From NCBI GenBank assembly GCA_965222375.1, contig CBDCTZ010000013.1, positions 640,001-704,000 of the forward strand: a stretch of DNA of 64,000 bases, read 5' to 3'. Origin of the DNA: Polyangiaceae bacterium. Lineage in GTDB: Bacteria; Myxococcota_A; Polyangia; Polyangiales; Polyangiaceae. The position numbers and the translations under genes are program-made. Every line of letters begins with the position of its first letter. Position 1 is the first letter of the stretch. Below, piece after piece: positions 1-9,137 of the stretch. The notes under the pieces are model-generated. The model ran no database searches. It had not been told where the DNA came from and was given only the letters and a program-made list of their open reading frames with translations.

Positions 1-1
1 A

Positions 2-703
2 CCGGGCAACGGCTACCTGGTGCGCACCACGGACAAGGCCCGGAGCGTGCGCTGGCCAACCTTCGCCCCGACCGTTTCCGCCTGGGACCACCCCGGCGGC
101 ATCAAGCTGACTTCTGTGGATAACTCCGATGGCAGCGGCAAGAACTACGTCGAAAACGTGACGGACGTCTTGTTCTACTTCACGGGGCTCGCCAACGTGC
201 CGGCCATCGACACGCTGACCTATCGACCCGGAGCCATCGCAGACCACCTGACCTCCTTCGGGGGCCGCGTGCCCACCAGCAGCCAGATGAGCGTGGTCGA
301 GTGGTTGGAGGCTGGCGCCACGGGCAGCTACGGCACGGTGGTGGAGCCCTGCAACATTCTGGGCAAGTTTCCCAACATACAGTTGCTGCTGCCGAACTAC
401 TTCCGCGGGCAGACCCTGATTGATGCCTACTGGAAGAGCGTGCAACGCCCAGGCGAAGGCCTGTTCGTCGGCGAGCCTTTGGCGCGGCCTTGGGGCGCCA
501 CGGACGTCAGCTTCAGCGCAGGCAACTTGGAGATACGAACCACCTGGCTGGAGCCGGGCAAGACCTATGCGATCGAATCCGCTCCGAGCGAGAGCGGCCC
601 CTTCACGGCAGTGCAGAGCACCATTCAAATCGCGAACTACGAGCGCACGACCCTCACGGTGCCCAATGCGTTGGCGCCCGTGTACCGCTTGGTTCAGCAA
701 TAG
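2..703 (+). CDS. TIGR03790-like protein, 5'-partial (runs off window start)
   Basis: Frame is open from base 2; motifs GAIADHLTSFGG, GATGSYGTVVEP and GLFVGEPLARP resemble the TIGR03790 family. Confidence 0.65.
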   Translation, partial: PGNGYLVRTTDKARSVRWPTFAPTVSAWDHPGGIKLTSVDNSDGSGKNYVENVTDVLFYFTGLANVPAIDTLTYRPGAIADHLTSFGGRVPTSSQMSVVEWLEAGATGSYGTVVEPCNILGKFPNIQLLLPNYFRGQTLIDAYWKSVQRPGEGLFVGEPLARPWGATDVSFSAGNLEIRTTWLEPGKTYAIESAPSESGPFTAVQSTIQIANYERTTLTVPNALAPVYRLVQQ

Positions 704-711
704 CAGGTAGG

Positions 712-753
712 AAAAATCCCCAGGTCCGCGCTGTGGGCAACACGAACCTGGGG
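712..753 (-). terminator. Probable intrinsic terminator for the minus-strand lipoprotein gene
   Basis: Stem CCCCAGGT...ACCTGGGG (718-753) followed on the minus strand by ATTTTT, about 40 nt after the stop at 792. Confidence 0.6.
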
Positions 754-791
754 TGCTCGGTTTGGTTGAGGTCTGACGAAAGGAAGTCTTG

Positions 792-2219
792 TCAGTTCTT
801 GGCCCAGTCGACCCAGAGGCCGCTCATCCAATTGTCGGAGCCGTCCTTGAAGGCGCCGATGTAGGTCGCGGAAGCGTCCAAGCCACCGCCGGGCGTGCCG
901 CCAGCGATCATGGCAGACGGCTGGGGAGCAGGGGTTGCCGCGCCGCAGTCGCCAATGGCCGGATCTGTCTCCGAGTTCATGCGCGACGCATCCTTGATCC
1001 AGGCATTCTCGTCGAAACCGTTGTCGTTGTCGGTTTCACCGGGGTCCGAGATGTTGTGGGCGAAGTTGCCAAAGAACACCGAGTGGGTGATGTCGGTCTT
1101 CGGTGCCGCGACGGTGCCAAAGTCGTCGCGCGCGTCGATGCCGATGTCGAACTTGGTGATGATCATGTTCATGTAGTTGCCCTCGAGGTTCTCTCGAAGC
1201 ACGCCACCGAAGGCCACATCGGTTCCTGCAGCACCGGTGCCGCAGAGGGTCACGTTCGACACGTTGGGCGTCGACGCGGGCGACCCGCCACCCTTGTCGC
1301 TGTCGCACTCGAAGCCGTTCGGGTTCGATGAAAGTGGGGTCACCTGACGGCCGAACAGGAACTGCAGGTTGCCGACATAACCCTGATCCATGTCAAACAT
1401 GTCGTCGCCGGCATTGTTGCAGATCAGCCATTTGCCGTTGGCGCCGCCGCCGAACCACTCGAAGCAGTCATCCAGGGTGTTGCTGACCAAGATGTTTTCC
1501 ACCACGGTCTTGCTGCCAACGCTGCCGAGGGTCAGGCCGTTGATCTCGTTGTCCGCGGACAGCTCGAAACCCGAATACTCGATGCGCATGAAGCGCATGA
1601 CACCGCTATCGTCGTCGGCAACGGAGCCGCCGTACTGGTTTTCCGGGGCGTCCGCGAGGCCTTCGATGGTGACGTTCTCGCCCTTGAAGTTCGGAGCCTT
1701 GCCCAGGACGATGATGCCGCCCCAGTCGCCGGGGCTACGGCTGCCGGCAGGCAGCGCGCTGGTGAACAGAATCGGCTCGTTCGCCTTGCCATCCGCCATG
1801 ATCTTGCCTCCCCGAGACACGACCAGCGTGCCCAGGGGCGTCTTCTTGCCCTCGATTCGAGTGCAGGGCTCGATGGTCAGCGTGGCGCCGCTTTCGACGT
1901 AGGTGGTGTCTTCCAACGTCCAAACCTTGTCCTTGGTCAAGGTCGTGTCCGCCGAGATCTTGTTCGGGATTTTCTCTTTGGGTAGCCCGGTGCCGGAGAG
2001 ATCGCAGCTTGGTGCGCCACCGACACCACCACTGCCCGCGCCACCGCCGGTTCCGCCACCGCTGCCGCCAGAACCTGCTGTGCCGCCGCCGCTGCCAGCG
2101 GTGCCACCTGTCCCGCCTGTGCTGCCGCCGGGCTTGTCATCATCGTCGCTGCCGCAGGCGATGGCCAGGGGCAGAGCGCAGAGCAAAGAGACCAGGGAAA
2201 GGGTTGTTGAGCGTTTCAT
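792..2219 (-). CDS. Surface lipoprotein with Gly-rich linker and beta-helix-like domain, partner of the TonB-dependent receptor
   Basis: Start MKRSTTLSLV..., lipobox LAIAC, GGT/GGS linker, then ATLTIEP, GDWGGIIVLG, NEINGLTLGSVG, DDCFEWFGG and DDMFDMDQGY motifs. Confidence 0.8.
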   Translation of the reverse strand: MKRSTTLSLVSLLCALPLAIACGSDDDDKPGGSTGGTGGTAGSGGGTAGSGGSGGGTGGGAGSGGVGGAPSCDLSGTGLPKEKIPNKISADTTLTKDKVWTLEDTTYVESGATLTIEPCTRIEGKKTPLGTLVVSRGGKIMADGKANEPILFTSALPAGSRSPGDWGGIIVLGKAPNFKGENVTIEGLADAPENQYGGSVADDDSGVMRFMRIEYSGFELSADNEINGLTLGSVGSKTVVENILVSNTLDDCFEWFGGGANGKWLICNNAGDDMFDMDQGYVGNLQFLFGRQVTPLSSNPNGFECDSDKGGGSPASTPNVSNVTLCGTGAAGTDVAFGGVLRENLEGNYMNMIITKFDIGIDARDDFGTVAAPKTDITHSVFFGNFAHNISDPGETDNDNGFDENAWIKDASRMNSETDPAIGDCGAATPAPQPSAMIAGGTPGGGLDASATYIGAFKDGSDNWMSGLWVDWAKN

Positions 2220-2298
2220 CAAAGTACCTCTTGTTGTTTCGCCGGTTGGCGTTTTGGGGCGTCGCCCTTGAAGTCGCGGCAGAGCATGCGCGCCGTTC

Positions 2299-2327
2299 GT
2301 GACTCCTGAGTTGGCACAACGTGACAG
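2299..2327 (-). promoter_or_regulatory. Pho-box-like direct repeats upstream of the lipoprotein gene
   Basis: Minus strand CTGTCAC (2327-2321) and GAGTCAC (2305-2299), 22 bp apart. Confidence 0.5.
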
Positions 2328-2364
2328 TTTCGAAACTCGGTCCGGCCGCGGGAACTCCCACGTC

Positions 2365-5241
2365 TCAGTGCTTGTAGGAGGCGCCGACCGAAAAACCTCG
2401 GCCACTGCGATAGCTGCGTGTCACGCGTTCGTCACGTTTGTCCGGGCCGATGGTAACGATGCGCTCCGGATCGATCAGATTGGTCGCGGAGGCCTTGACT
2501 TTGAAGTGCTCACCAAGGCCTTTGGCCAACACGAGGTCCAGGGAGTGCCGCGGGTGTTCGTAGGCATCGTCGAGCCCATCCGAGCCCACCTCGACGATGC
2601 GTTTGCCCCGAATGTTGTACAGCAGGCGCGTGTTCAGCTTGAGCGCTTCGTTCTCGTAGTCCAGCGCGAGGTTCAGCACATAAGGCGCCTGGTTCACCAT
2701 CGAGCGCGAGGTGTTGGTCAGGAAGGTTCCGTCGGTTTGCTCAACCTCGATGCGCGAGCGCGCGAAAGTCACATTGGCAACCGCACTGAAGTCCTTGATC
2801 GCCTTCGTGACGTAGCCCAGCCCGACCCGGGACTCGAGTTCGACACCGATCAGGTTCGCGGCGTCAGCGTTCTGGAAGGTCACCAAGCCGCCGTCGCCCG
2901 ACGGCGTCACAACCGGCTCGATGGGATCGCTAAAACGCTTGAAAAACACGCTAAAAGCCAGGACCTCACTGAGCTTCGGAAAGTACTCGAAGCGCATGTC
3001 CGCATTGATGATCCGCGTGAGCTCCAAGTCCGGATTGCCCGACGTCAGGCGACCCCCGAAGAAATCGCTGTAGGCAAAGGGCGCCAGCTCACGGAGCTGT
3101 GGCCGAGCGAGAGTTCGCGTGACGGACAGTCGCAGCTTGCTTTTTTTCGTCACGTCGAAGGCCAGCGCGGCGGCAGGCAACACATCCGTGCTCGTGAGAT
3201 CAGCGCCCTCCACATTCGCCCCCGTATCGAACTGGTCGAAGGGGTCGATCTTCTGACTGGTCACCTCGAGGCGCTGGCCGAGCACGAGCCGCAGATCCCG
3301 GGTGACTCGCGTGTCCGCCATTAGATAAACCGCGAACACGTCTAGATCGGCGGTGTAGGCGTCCTCGGGGCGCGTATTTTCCTGTAGTCGCAGGACCTTA
3401 CCGATGTTCTCGGGGACGAACAGCGAGTCCGGGCATGTCTCGTCGTAGGTGGTGCCCGGACAGGTGAACGCATCGGGCGGCGAGCCAGGAATGCGCCGAA
3501 AGGAGAAGCGCCGTGCGTTGAACTCACGGTCCTTGATGCTCGCGAGCCCGCCGAGCTTGATTTTGGTTGCGTCCTCGCTGCGGTCGAGGGGCTGAGTCAA
3601 GTCCAACCCGGCGGCATAGGCCTTTTCACTCTGGCTGCTGAAGAAGTGGCGTCCGCTCTCGGAACCATCCACGTAGCTGAATACGCCTGACTGTGGGTTC
3701 TTCTGATACACGACGTCGCGGGTGTCGGGCTCGTCGCGCTGGGCAACCGAATACGACAAGTTCCAGTCCAAGGTGCCACGATTGTCTGGATCCAGGACGC
3801 TCTGCCCAGACAGCTGCAGCACGTTCAGAGCTCGACTCACGAACTTCAGCCGCGTGCTGTGGAGCGTTGCGTCGTTCCGACGCCAATAGCCGTCGAAGGT
3901 CTGGGTATCGATGTCCGCCAGCTGAGAGTGGAAGCCGAGAACCGATACGCGGTGGTGCTTGCCCAGTTCCAAGCTCACGCCACCCAGAGCACCCCAGCTG
4001 ACGTTTTCGGATCCGGTCTCGACGTCCAGGTCATTCAGAATGGCCACGCCCGAGGGCTCGGAGGGATCCGCCTCGAAGACGCGACGTTTCTCTTCTCGGA
4101 TCTTGAAGCCACGACGATAGTTGAGGCTGGCGATGTAGCCGATCTTGTTGTCCTTGGAGAGCTTGAAGCCATCGCCGACAACTACGCTGAGGCTGTGTGC
4201 TGGCAGAGTGAATCGCCGCACCCCGGACATGAAGGTGTTCATCTCTTGGCCCTGGGCCGTCAGCTCCGGGTCGAGCACGAAGTCTCCGTTCGGTTTTTCC
4301 ACTCCTTGGGCCAGCAGGTAGTCATCGGGCACGGTGTCCGGCAGCTCGCGAGTCCCGTCGTCCACGCCGAGGAAGTCGAGCTTGCCGCCGCGGTGCGCCA
4401 AGCGCTCCTTGAAGGTCGAGTTGGTGTTGACGCTCAGCGAGACGGACGCCGAAAGCGTCAGCTCATCGGGCACACGCCGAGTCTGCACCCGAACGGAGCC
4501 ACCCGCGAAGTCGCCGGGCATATCGGGCGTGAAGGTCTTGGCGATGGTGAGGCTTTCCAGGATCTGAGTTGGAAACAGGTCCAGGGGCACGGCGGCACGG
4601 TCCGGCTCCGGACTGGGCAGCGGAGCGCCATTCAACAGCGCGTTCGTGTAGCGCTCGCCAAGTCCGCGCACATAGACGAAGCGGCTGTCTTCGATAGTGG
4701 CCCCAACGACGCGCTTGGCGGCCTGGGCGGCGTCGCGATCCGGGGTCTTCGAAATCTCGGCCCGGCCCACCGAGTCCCCGACGACCGACGAGCGCTTCCG
4801 CTCGAGGGCCAACGCATCTACGCTCGAGGTATCAGGCGCCGCTTCGACCACGAAGTCCTCCAGGGAGGTGTCGTCGGAGTCGAGGGAAATGTCCACGCGG
4901 CGTTGAGTGCCCTGCCAAAGCACGATTCCCCGAGCCCGCATGGGAATGTAGCCCGGCGTCCAGAATCTGAGCGTGTACTTGCCGGGAGGCAGAGCCAGCT
5001 CGAAGCTACCGTCTTCCGCGGTCGTCGCGGAGTAGTTCGTGCCCACCACGTCAACGCGCACCCCCGAAAGCCCAGCTCCATTTAGCGTGTCCGTGACCTT
5101 GCCCTTGAGCTTCGCGGTCGCCGCCTCGGCGGGCGCCGACGAACCGCCTTCGGGCGGCGGCTCTGGGGGCTCTTGCGCAGAAGCGCTGGCAGTGCACAGC
5201 ACCACAGCTAGAGCGCTGCGGATGAAGACTTGGGTGGTCAT
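2365..5241 (-). CDS. TonB-dependent receptor with N-terminal carboxypeptidase-regulatory-like domain
   Basis: 958 aa; signal peptide; plug motif VYVRGLGERYTNALLNG, DMPGDFAGG, GNPDL and an aromatic-rich C-terminal strand. Confidence 0.92.
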   Translation of the reverse strand: MTTQVFIRSALAVVLCTASASAQEPPEPPPEGGSSAPAEAATAKLKGKVTDTLNGAGLSGVRVDVVGTNYSATTAEDGSFELALPPGKYTLRFWTPGYIPMRARGIVLWQGTQRRVDISLDSDDTSLEDFVVEAAPDTSSVDALALERKRSSVVGDSVGRAEISKTPDRDAAQAAKRVVGATIEDSRFVYVRGLGERYTNALLNGAPLPSPEPDRAAVPLDLFPTQILESLTIAKTFTPDMPGDFAGGSVRVQTRRVPDELTLSASVSLSVNTNSTFKERLAHRGGKLDFLGVDDGTRELPDTVPDDYLLAQGVEKPNGDFVLDPELTAQGQEMNTFMSGVRRFTLPAHSLSVVVGDGFKLSKDNKIGYIASLNYRRGFKIREEKRRVFEADPSEPSGVAILNDLDVETGSENVSWGALGGVSLELGKHHRVSVLGFHSQLADIDTQTFDGYWRRNDATLHSTRLKFVSRALNVLQLSGQSVLDPDNRGTLDWNLSYSVAQRDEPDTRDVVYQKNPQSGVFSYVDGSESGRHFFSSQSEKAYAAGLDLTQPLDRSEDATKIKLGGLASIKDREFNARRFSFRRIPGSPPDAFTCPGTTYDETCPDSLFVPENIGKVLRLQENTRPEDAYTADLDVFAVYLMADTRVTRDLRLVLGQRLEVTSQKIDPFDQFDTGANVEGADLTSTDVLPAAALAFDVTKKSKLRLSVTRTLARPQLRELAPFAYSDFFGGRLTSGNPDLELTRIINADMRFEYFPKLSEVLAFSVFFKRFSDPIEPVVTPSGDGGLVTFQNADAANLIGVELESRVGLGYVTKAIKDFSAVANVTFARSRIEVEQTDGTFLTNTSRSMVNQAPYVLNLALDYENEALKLNTRLLYNIRGKRIVEVGSDGLDDAYEHPRHSLDLVLAKGLGEHFKVKASATNLIDPERIVTIGPDKRDERVTRSYRSGRGFSVGASYKH

Positions 5242-5288
5242 CTCTCTCTCTCGCCTAGGTGGACGCGGCCGGAGAGTGCGGCCGCCGT

Positions 5289-5328
5289 GTGACGATTCGT
5301 ACGTCGGAATGTGACGATGTCGTGAAGG
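5289..5328 (-). promoter_or_regulatory. Pho-box-like direct repeats upstream of the receptor gene
   Basis: Minus-strand TTCAC/GTCAC/GTCAC at plus positions 5322, 5311 and 5289 (11- and 22-bp spacing). Confidence 0.55.
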
Positions 5329-5337
5329 AACGCGTTG

Positions 5338-5781
5338 TCAGTTCGCGACCTTTTCGGTCAACATCGCGATGGCTCGGGCCCCGGAGGACTTGGCCAAGTC
5401 CATCACCTCGACGGCTTGGCCATAGGGGATGTTGTCGGCAGCGTCGAAGTAGATCACCGGGAGGGGCTGTGCTGCCAGCATGCGCGGTAACCGCTCCTTG
5501 AACTGCTCGCGCTTGAGCACGGCCTTGTTGACCCGAATCACGCCCTTGGAGTCGATGGTCATCACCAGCGGCGGCTCGTCCTTTTGATCGGGTTGCTCCA
5601 GCTTGTCCTTCTTCGTCTCTTTCTTCGGCAGATTGAGCCAGAAGCTCTTCTCCATCATGGGGACCATCACCATGAAGATGATCAGAACGACCAGCGCGAT
5701 GTCCACCAGCGGCGTCACGTTCATCACTGGCGTGGGGCGCGGTCGTTTGCCCCCGCCGCCGCCTCCTAGGTTCATGCCCAT
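5338..5781 (-). CDS. exbD: ExbD/TolR family protein
   Basis: MNVTPLVDIALVVLIIFMV TM motif; AADNIPYGQAVEVMD. Confidence 0.9.
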   Translation of the reverse strand: MGMNLGGGGGGKRPRPTPVMNVTPLVDIALVVLIIFMVMVPMMEKSFWLNLPKKETKKDKLEQPDQKDEPPLVMTIDSKGVIRVNKAVLKREQFKERLPRMLAAQPLPVIYFDAADNIPYGQAVEVMDLAKSSGARAIAMLTEKVAN

Positions 5782-5785
5782 GCGC

Positions 5786-6220
5786 TCACTCCTTCGGTTT
5801 CTTGTGGTTGACCTTGAGTGAAACGCCCTTGAAACCAGTGTCGGCCAGAAGGGCCAAGGTCGTACGCACGGTGGAGTACGGCACTCGAGTGTCCGTGGTC
5901 ATGAGCAGGTTGCGATTCGGGTCGTGGGCGTGGATCTTCTTGAGCCGGCGCTCCAGCTCGGCCGCATCCACTGTCACATCGTTCAGCGTCATCGTGAGGT
6001 CGGCGCGAATCACGAGCTTCAAAGGATTCATATCCTTCGGCTTCTTGTCGATCTTCATGACGTCCGGCAGCGTCAGCGTGTCGCCCTGGGCGATCGCCGG
6101 TGTCACCACCATGAAGATGATCAGAAGAACGAGGACGATGTCGACCAGAGGGGTGACATTGATGTCCGGCTCAGGCTGCTTGGCGGACAGCTTCTTCCGA
6201 GGCTTGCGATTCGCTGCCAT
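5786..6220 (-). CDS. exbD: ExbD/TolR family protein
   Basis: INVTPLVDIVLVLLIIFMV TM motif. Confidence 0.9.
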   Translation of the reverse strand: MAANRKPRKKLSAKQPEPDINVTPLVDIVLVLLIIFMVVTPAIAQGDTLTLPDVMKIDKKPKDMNPLKLVIRADLTMTLNDVTVDAAELERRLKKIHAHDPNRNLLMTTDTRVPYSTVRTTLALLADTGFKGVSLKVNHKKPKE

Positions 6221-6869
6221 GGTTGTTCTCGATTTCGTCCAGAAGCTCGCCTGCCGAGCGGTTCAGCGACAGCTCGACGGCGTTTACCTTGCCGGTCAGC
6301 CAGTTGAAGAGAAGCACGGCGGGAATGGCCACCATCAGTCCGAAGGCGGTCTCAATCAGCGCCTCGGAGATGCCTGCAGACACAGCGCCCAGACCCCCCG
6401 AGCCGGTGGTTGCAATGCCCTGGAACGCACCAATGATACCAATCACGGTGCCCAGCAGCCCCACGAAGGGTGCGACGGAGCCGACGGAAGCCAAGACCGA
6501 GAGCCCGCGGCGCAGATCGGCTCCCACTCCTTCGAGGGCGCGGTCTGCCTCATTTCGAGCAAGTTCCACGGGACTGACCCGCCCCTCTCGAGCACTGGCG
6601 TAGCGCTGGAGGATCGCCAGGAACAACTTCGCGAGGGCAGAAGCCTGATGTTTCTCGCAAGCCTTGATCAACCCTGCAACGTCCCAGCGCTCGAGCAGGG
6701 GGCCGGCTTGCGCCGCAAACTTGCGCGACTCCTTCGCGGATTTCCTGAAAGCGATCAACCGCTCAACGGTCACACCCGCGGTGGCAATGCCCATGATCAA
6801 CAGCACGAGCGCCACGCTCTTCCCGAGCGTACCCATACTCGCCCAAATGTGCGCCAGGTCGAATTGCAT
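6171..6869 (-). CDS. exbB: MotA/TolQ/ExbB proton channel protein
   Basis: APFVGLLGTVIGII and GISEALIETAFGLMVAIPA motifs. Confidence 0.92.
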   Translation of the reverse strand: MQFDLAHIWASMGTLGKSVALVLLIMGIATAGVTVERLIAFRKSAKESRKFAAQAGPLLERWDVAGLIKACEKHQASALAKLFLAILQRYASAREGRVSPVELARNEADRALEGVGADLRRGLSVLASVGSVAPFVGLLGTVIGIIGAFQGIATTGSGGLGAVSAGISEALIETAFGLMVAIPAVLLFNWLTGKVNAVELSLNRSAGELLDEIENNHGSESQASEEAVRQAA

Positions 6870-6894
6870 CTCTTTTCATGCTCCCTTGAGTGGC

Positions 6895-7650
6895 CTAGGC
6901 CCTCAGACGAAAGGGGAATCGTGCGGTCTGCCACATCGCGGTCGGGCGGCCCTCGAAGGTGCCTGGCTGGAAGCGCCATTGCTTCACGGCCGCGACGACA
7001 GCCGAGGTCAAGGACTGGGGCCCGCGGACGACGCGAACGTCGGTGACGCTTCCGGACCGGCTGACCAAGAAACGAACGACCACGACGCCTTCGACACCCT
7101 CACTGCGAGCTTCGGCGGGGTAGGCCGGACGACGACGGGAGATGGCCCGGGGCGGCGTCGAGGCTTCCCGTTCTGATACAAACACGGGTGCCGGTGCGGC
7201 CTTCTTGCGCGCGACCTTCTTCTTGATTCGCTTGACCACCGGCTTGGTGTCGGGCGCCGCATCACCGCCTCCGCCTTCACCAAAGACATCGTCCATGTCT
7301 CCCTCGTAGGGATTGCCACCCGGCTCCGCTTCTGCGGGCACCTCATCGGGCACGCCTTGGGGGGTGGACATGCTCACCTTGGCGCCTTTGCGGCGCTTCT
7401 TCTCTTTGACGATGCGAGGTTTTGGCTCGGGCTCGGGCTCGGGCTCGGGATCCGGCGCCACCTCCATGGGCGGCTGCGTGAGTGTCACATCCAGCGTGTC
7501 GTCGGGCTCGAAGGCCTGACCGTGCGCCGAGTACGTGATGAACAGAAGGCCAACGGCGACGGTCACTGCGCCAACCGTATAGCCCACCGTCAGGCGCTTG
7601 CGCCGCGCCTTGTCGACGGCTTCACCCGTGGTCCATGCGTCCAGTTTCAT
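6895..7650 (-). CDS. tonB: Energy transducer TonB
   Basis: N-terminal TM, (PE)n Pro-rich linker, C-terminal YPAEAR..GVEGVVVVRF..WRFQP domain; start taken at MKLDAW. Confidence 0.88.
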   Translation of the reverse strand: MKLDAWTTGEAVDKARRKRLTVGYTVGAVTVAVGLLFITYSAHGQAFEPDDTLDVTLTQPPMEVAPDPEPEPEPEPKPRIVKEKKRRKGAKVSMSTPQGVPDEVPAEAEPGGNPYEGDMDDVFGEGGGGDAAPDTKPVVKRIKKKVARKKAAPAPVFVSEREASTPPRAISRRRPAYPAEARSEGVEGVVVVRFLVSRSGSVTDVRVVRGPQSLTSAVVAAVKQWRFQPGTFEGRPTAMWQTARFPFRLRA

Positions 7651-7675
7651 CGCGTGGTGAATCTGACGCTTTTCT

Positions 7676-7715
7676 GTGACGAACAGATAACAGAACCGAA
7701 AACAGGAAGTGACGC
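7676..7715 (-). promoter_or_regulatory. Pho-box-like array upstream of tonB
   Basis: Minus-strand GTCAC (7713-7709), CTGTTAT (7693-7687) and GTCAC (7680-7676) on an 11-bp register. Confidence 0.6.
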
Positions 7716-7806
7716 TGCTCCGAGACACCGATGCGCTCCAGATGGCCCTGTTCTGCAGGCAAGGGCCGCTTTGGTCGCCTCGGCGTTTTGCCGCTTCGTT
7801 GCCAGC

Positions 7807-7824
7807 CTGTCATCAAACGGTCAT
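7807..7824 (+). promoter_or_regulatory. Pho box upstream of the response regulator gene
   Basis: CTGTCAT-CAAA-CGGTCAT closely matches the CTGTCAT-N4-CTGTCAY PhoB consensus; 26 nt before the ATG. Confidence 0.75.
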
Positions 7825-7850
7825 CTGCGGTCGATATCCAAAACAAACGC

Positions 7851-8549
7851 ATGCCGCGTGTCTTGGCCATAGAAGACGGGACTGACCTCCTGGAGGTACT
7901 CGTCTACAATCTCACCCAAGAGGGCTACGAGGTCGACGCGGCCACGACCGGCAAAGAAGGACTGCGACTCGCGCGCATGCACGTACCGGAGCTGGTCTTG
8001 CTCGACGTCATGCTGCCGGACATGCCTGGTACGGATGTTTGCCGCTCCATCCGCGCGGACGCAAAGCTGGCTAGCGTACCCGTCGTATTCCTGACGGCAC
8101 GGGACGACGAAATCGACCGCGTCGTCGGCTTCGAGCTCGGAGCCGATGACTACGTCACCAAACCCTTCAGCATGCGAGAGCTGATGTTGAGGGTGCGCGC
8201 ATTGCTTCGAAGGTCCCAGTCAGCGCCGGGCACCCCTACAACGCTGCGCGCGGGGCGTCTCAAGATCGACACGGAAGCGCATCGCGCGTGGGTAGACGAC
8301 GAAGAGATCCCGCTGACAGCGCTCGAGTTCCGACTCTTGGTTACGTTATGCGAACGGGGCGGGCGGGTGCAGTCCCGCGAGATGCTGCTCGACAACGTCT
8401 GGGGACGCGACAGCACCGCCTCGACCCGGACTGTGGACGCGCATATCAAACGACTGCGTGAGAAGCTGGGACCGGTGCGCAACTACGTCGAAACCGTGCG
8501 TGGCTCCGGCTATCGACTGGCGGAAGTCACGGCTGCCAATCCGGGCTAG
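7851..8549 (+). CDS. phoB: OmpR/PhoB family response regulator (PhoB-like)
   Basis: REC domain (LLDVMLP, GADDYVTKPF) plus winged helix (RTVDAHIKRLREKL, ETVRGSGY); own Pho box. Confidence 0.85.
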   Translation: MPRVLAIEDGTDLLEVLVYNLTQEGYEVDAATTGKEGLRLARMHVPELVLLDVMLPDMPGTDVCRSIRADAKLASVPVVFLTARDDEIDRVVGFELGADDYVTKPFSMRELMLRVRALLRRSQSAPGTPTTLRAGRLKIDTEAHRAWVDDEEIPLTALEFRLLVTLCERGGRVQSREMLLDNVWGRDSTASTRTVDAHIKRLREKLGPVRNYVETVRGSGYRLAEVTAANPG

Positions 8550-8597
8550 GGCACGCATTTCTTGCACCGGGGGCGGCATCGGGGAATGCTATGGCCC

Positions 8598-9125
8598 ATG
8601 GGGTACCTGCGGGCTTACTTGGTTACAATCGCAGCGGGACTGAGCTGCGCCCTTGCATGCGGTGGCAGCGAATTCGACGGCGGCGGAGGCGCGGGCGGAG
8701 CGGACGCAGCTGCGGGCCAGGGTGGAAGTGCGGGCAGCGGGGCTGGAGGTGCAGCGGGGAGCTCGGGGAGTGCGGGCTCGAGTGGAAGCGCGGGCGCGGA
8801 TGCAGGGTCTGGTGCCTGCGTACCCTCCCTGCAGGGCAGGAAGTGTGGAGATCCTGGGCTGACGACTGGGAACCAAGCGTGCGACATGTGCGGGCAGAAC
8901 GCTTGCTGCAATGAAATTGAAATCTGCATGAACAACGAAGATTGCGCCAGCTCGATGCGCTGCTTCCTAGACAACTGCCTCGGCAAAAAGGCAACAGAGT
9001 GCTTTCTCAACGAGTGCAACTGCGGAACGAGCGCAGTACCGCCCTTCTACCTAATGGCGAATTGTCTTCTGAAGGCATGCACTTGCAGCGGTGGGTGCGC
9101 TCCATGCCCAATGCTGATTCCCTAG
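8598..9125 (+). CDS. Cys-rich lipoprotein with Gly/Ser/Ala linker
   Basis: Lipobox ALAC, low-complexity linker, Cys-dense C-terminus. Confidence 0.7.
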   Translation: MGYLRAYLVTIAAGLSCALACGGSEFDGGGGAGGADAAAGQGGSAGSGAGGAAGSSGSAGSSGSAGADAGSGACVPSLQGRKCGDPGLTTGNQACDMCGQNACCNEIEICMNNEDCASSMRCFLDNCLGKKATECFLNECNCGTSAVPPFYLMANCLLKACTCSGGCAPCPMLIP

Positions 9126-9137
9126 TTCGCACGGACC

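Noticed and set aside
2299..5085. Long plus-strand ORFs opposite the receptor (similar ones lie opposite glnA, metK and cheA)
   Set aside because: Antisense shadow ORFs expected from high-GC codon bias; no motifs
6171..6220. 50-nt exbB/exbD overlap as a frameshift or recoding site
   Set aside because: Both proteins look complete; a simple overlap of non-conserved tails explains it
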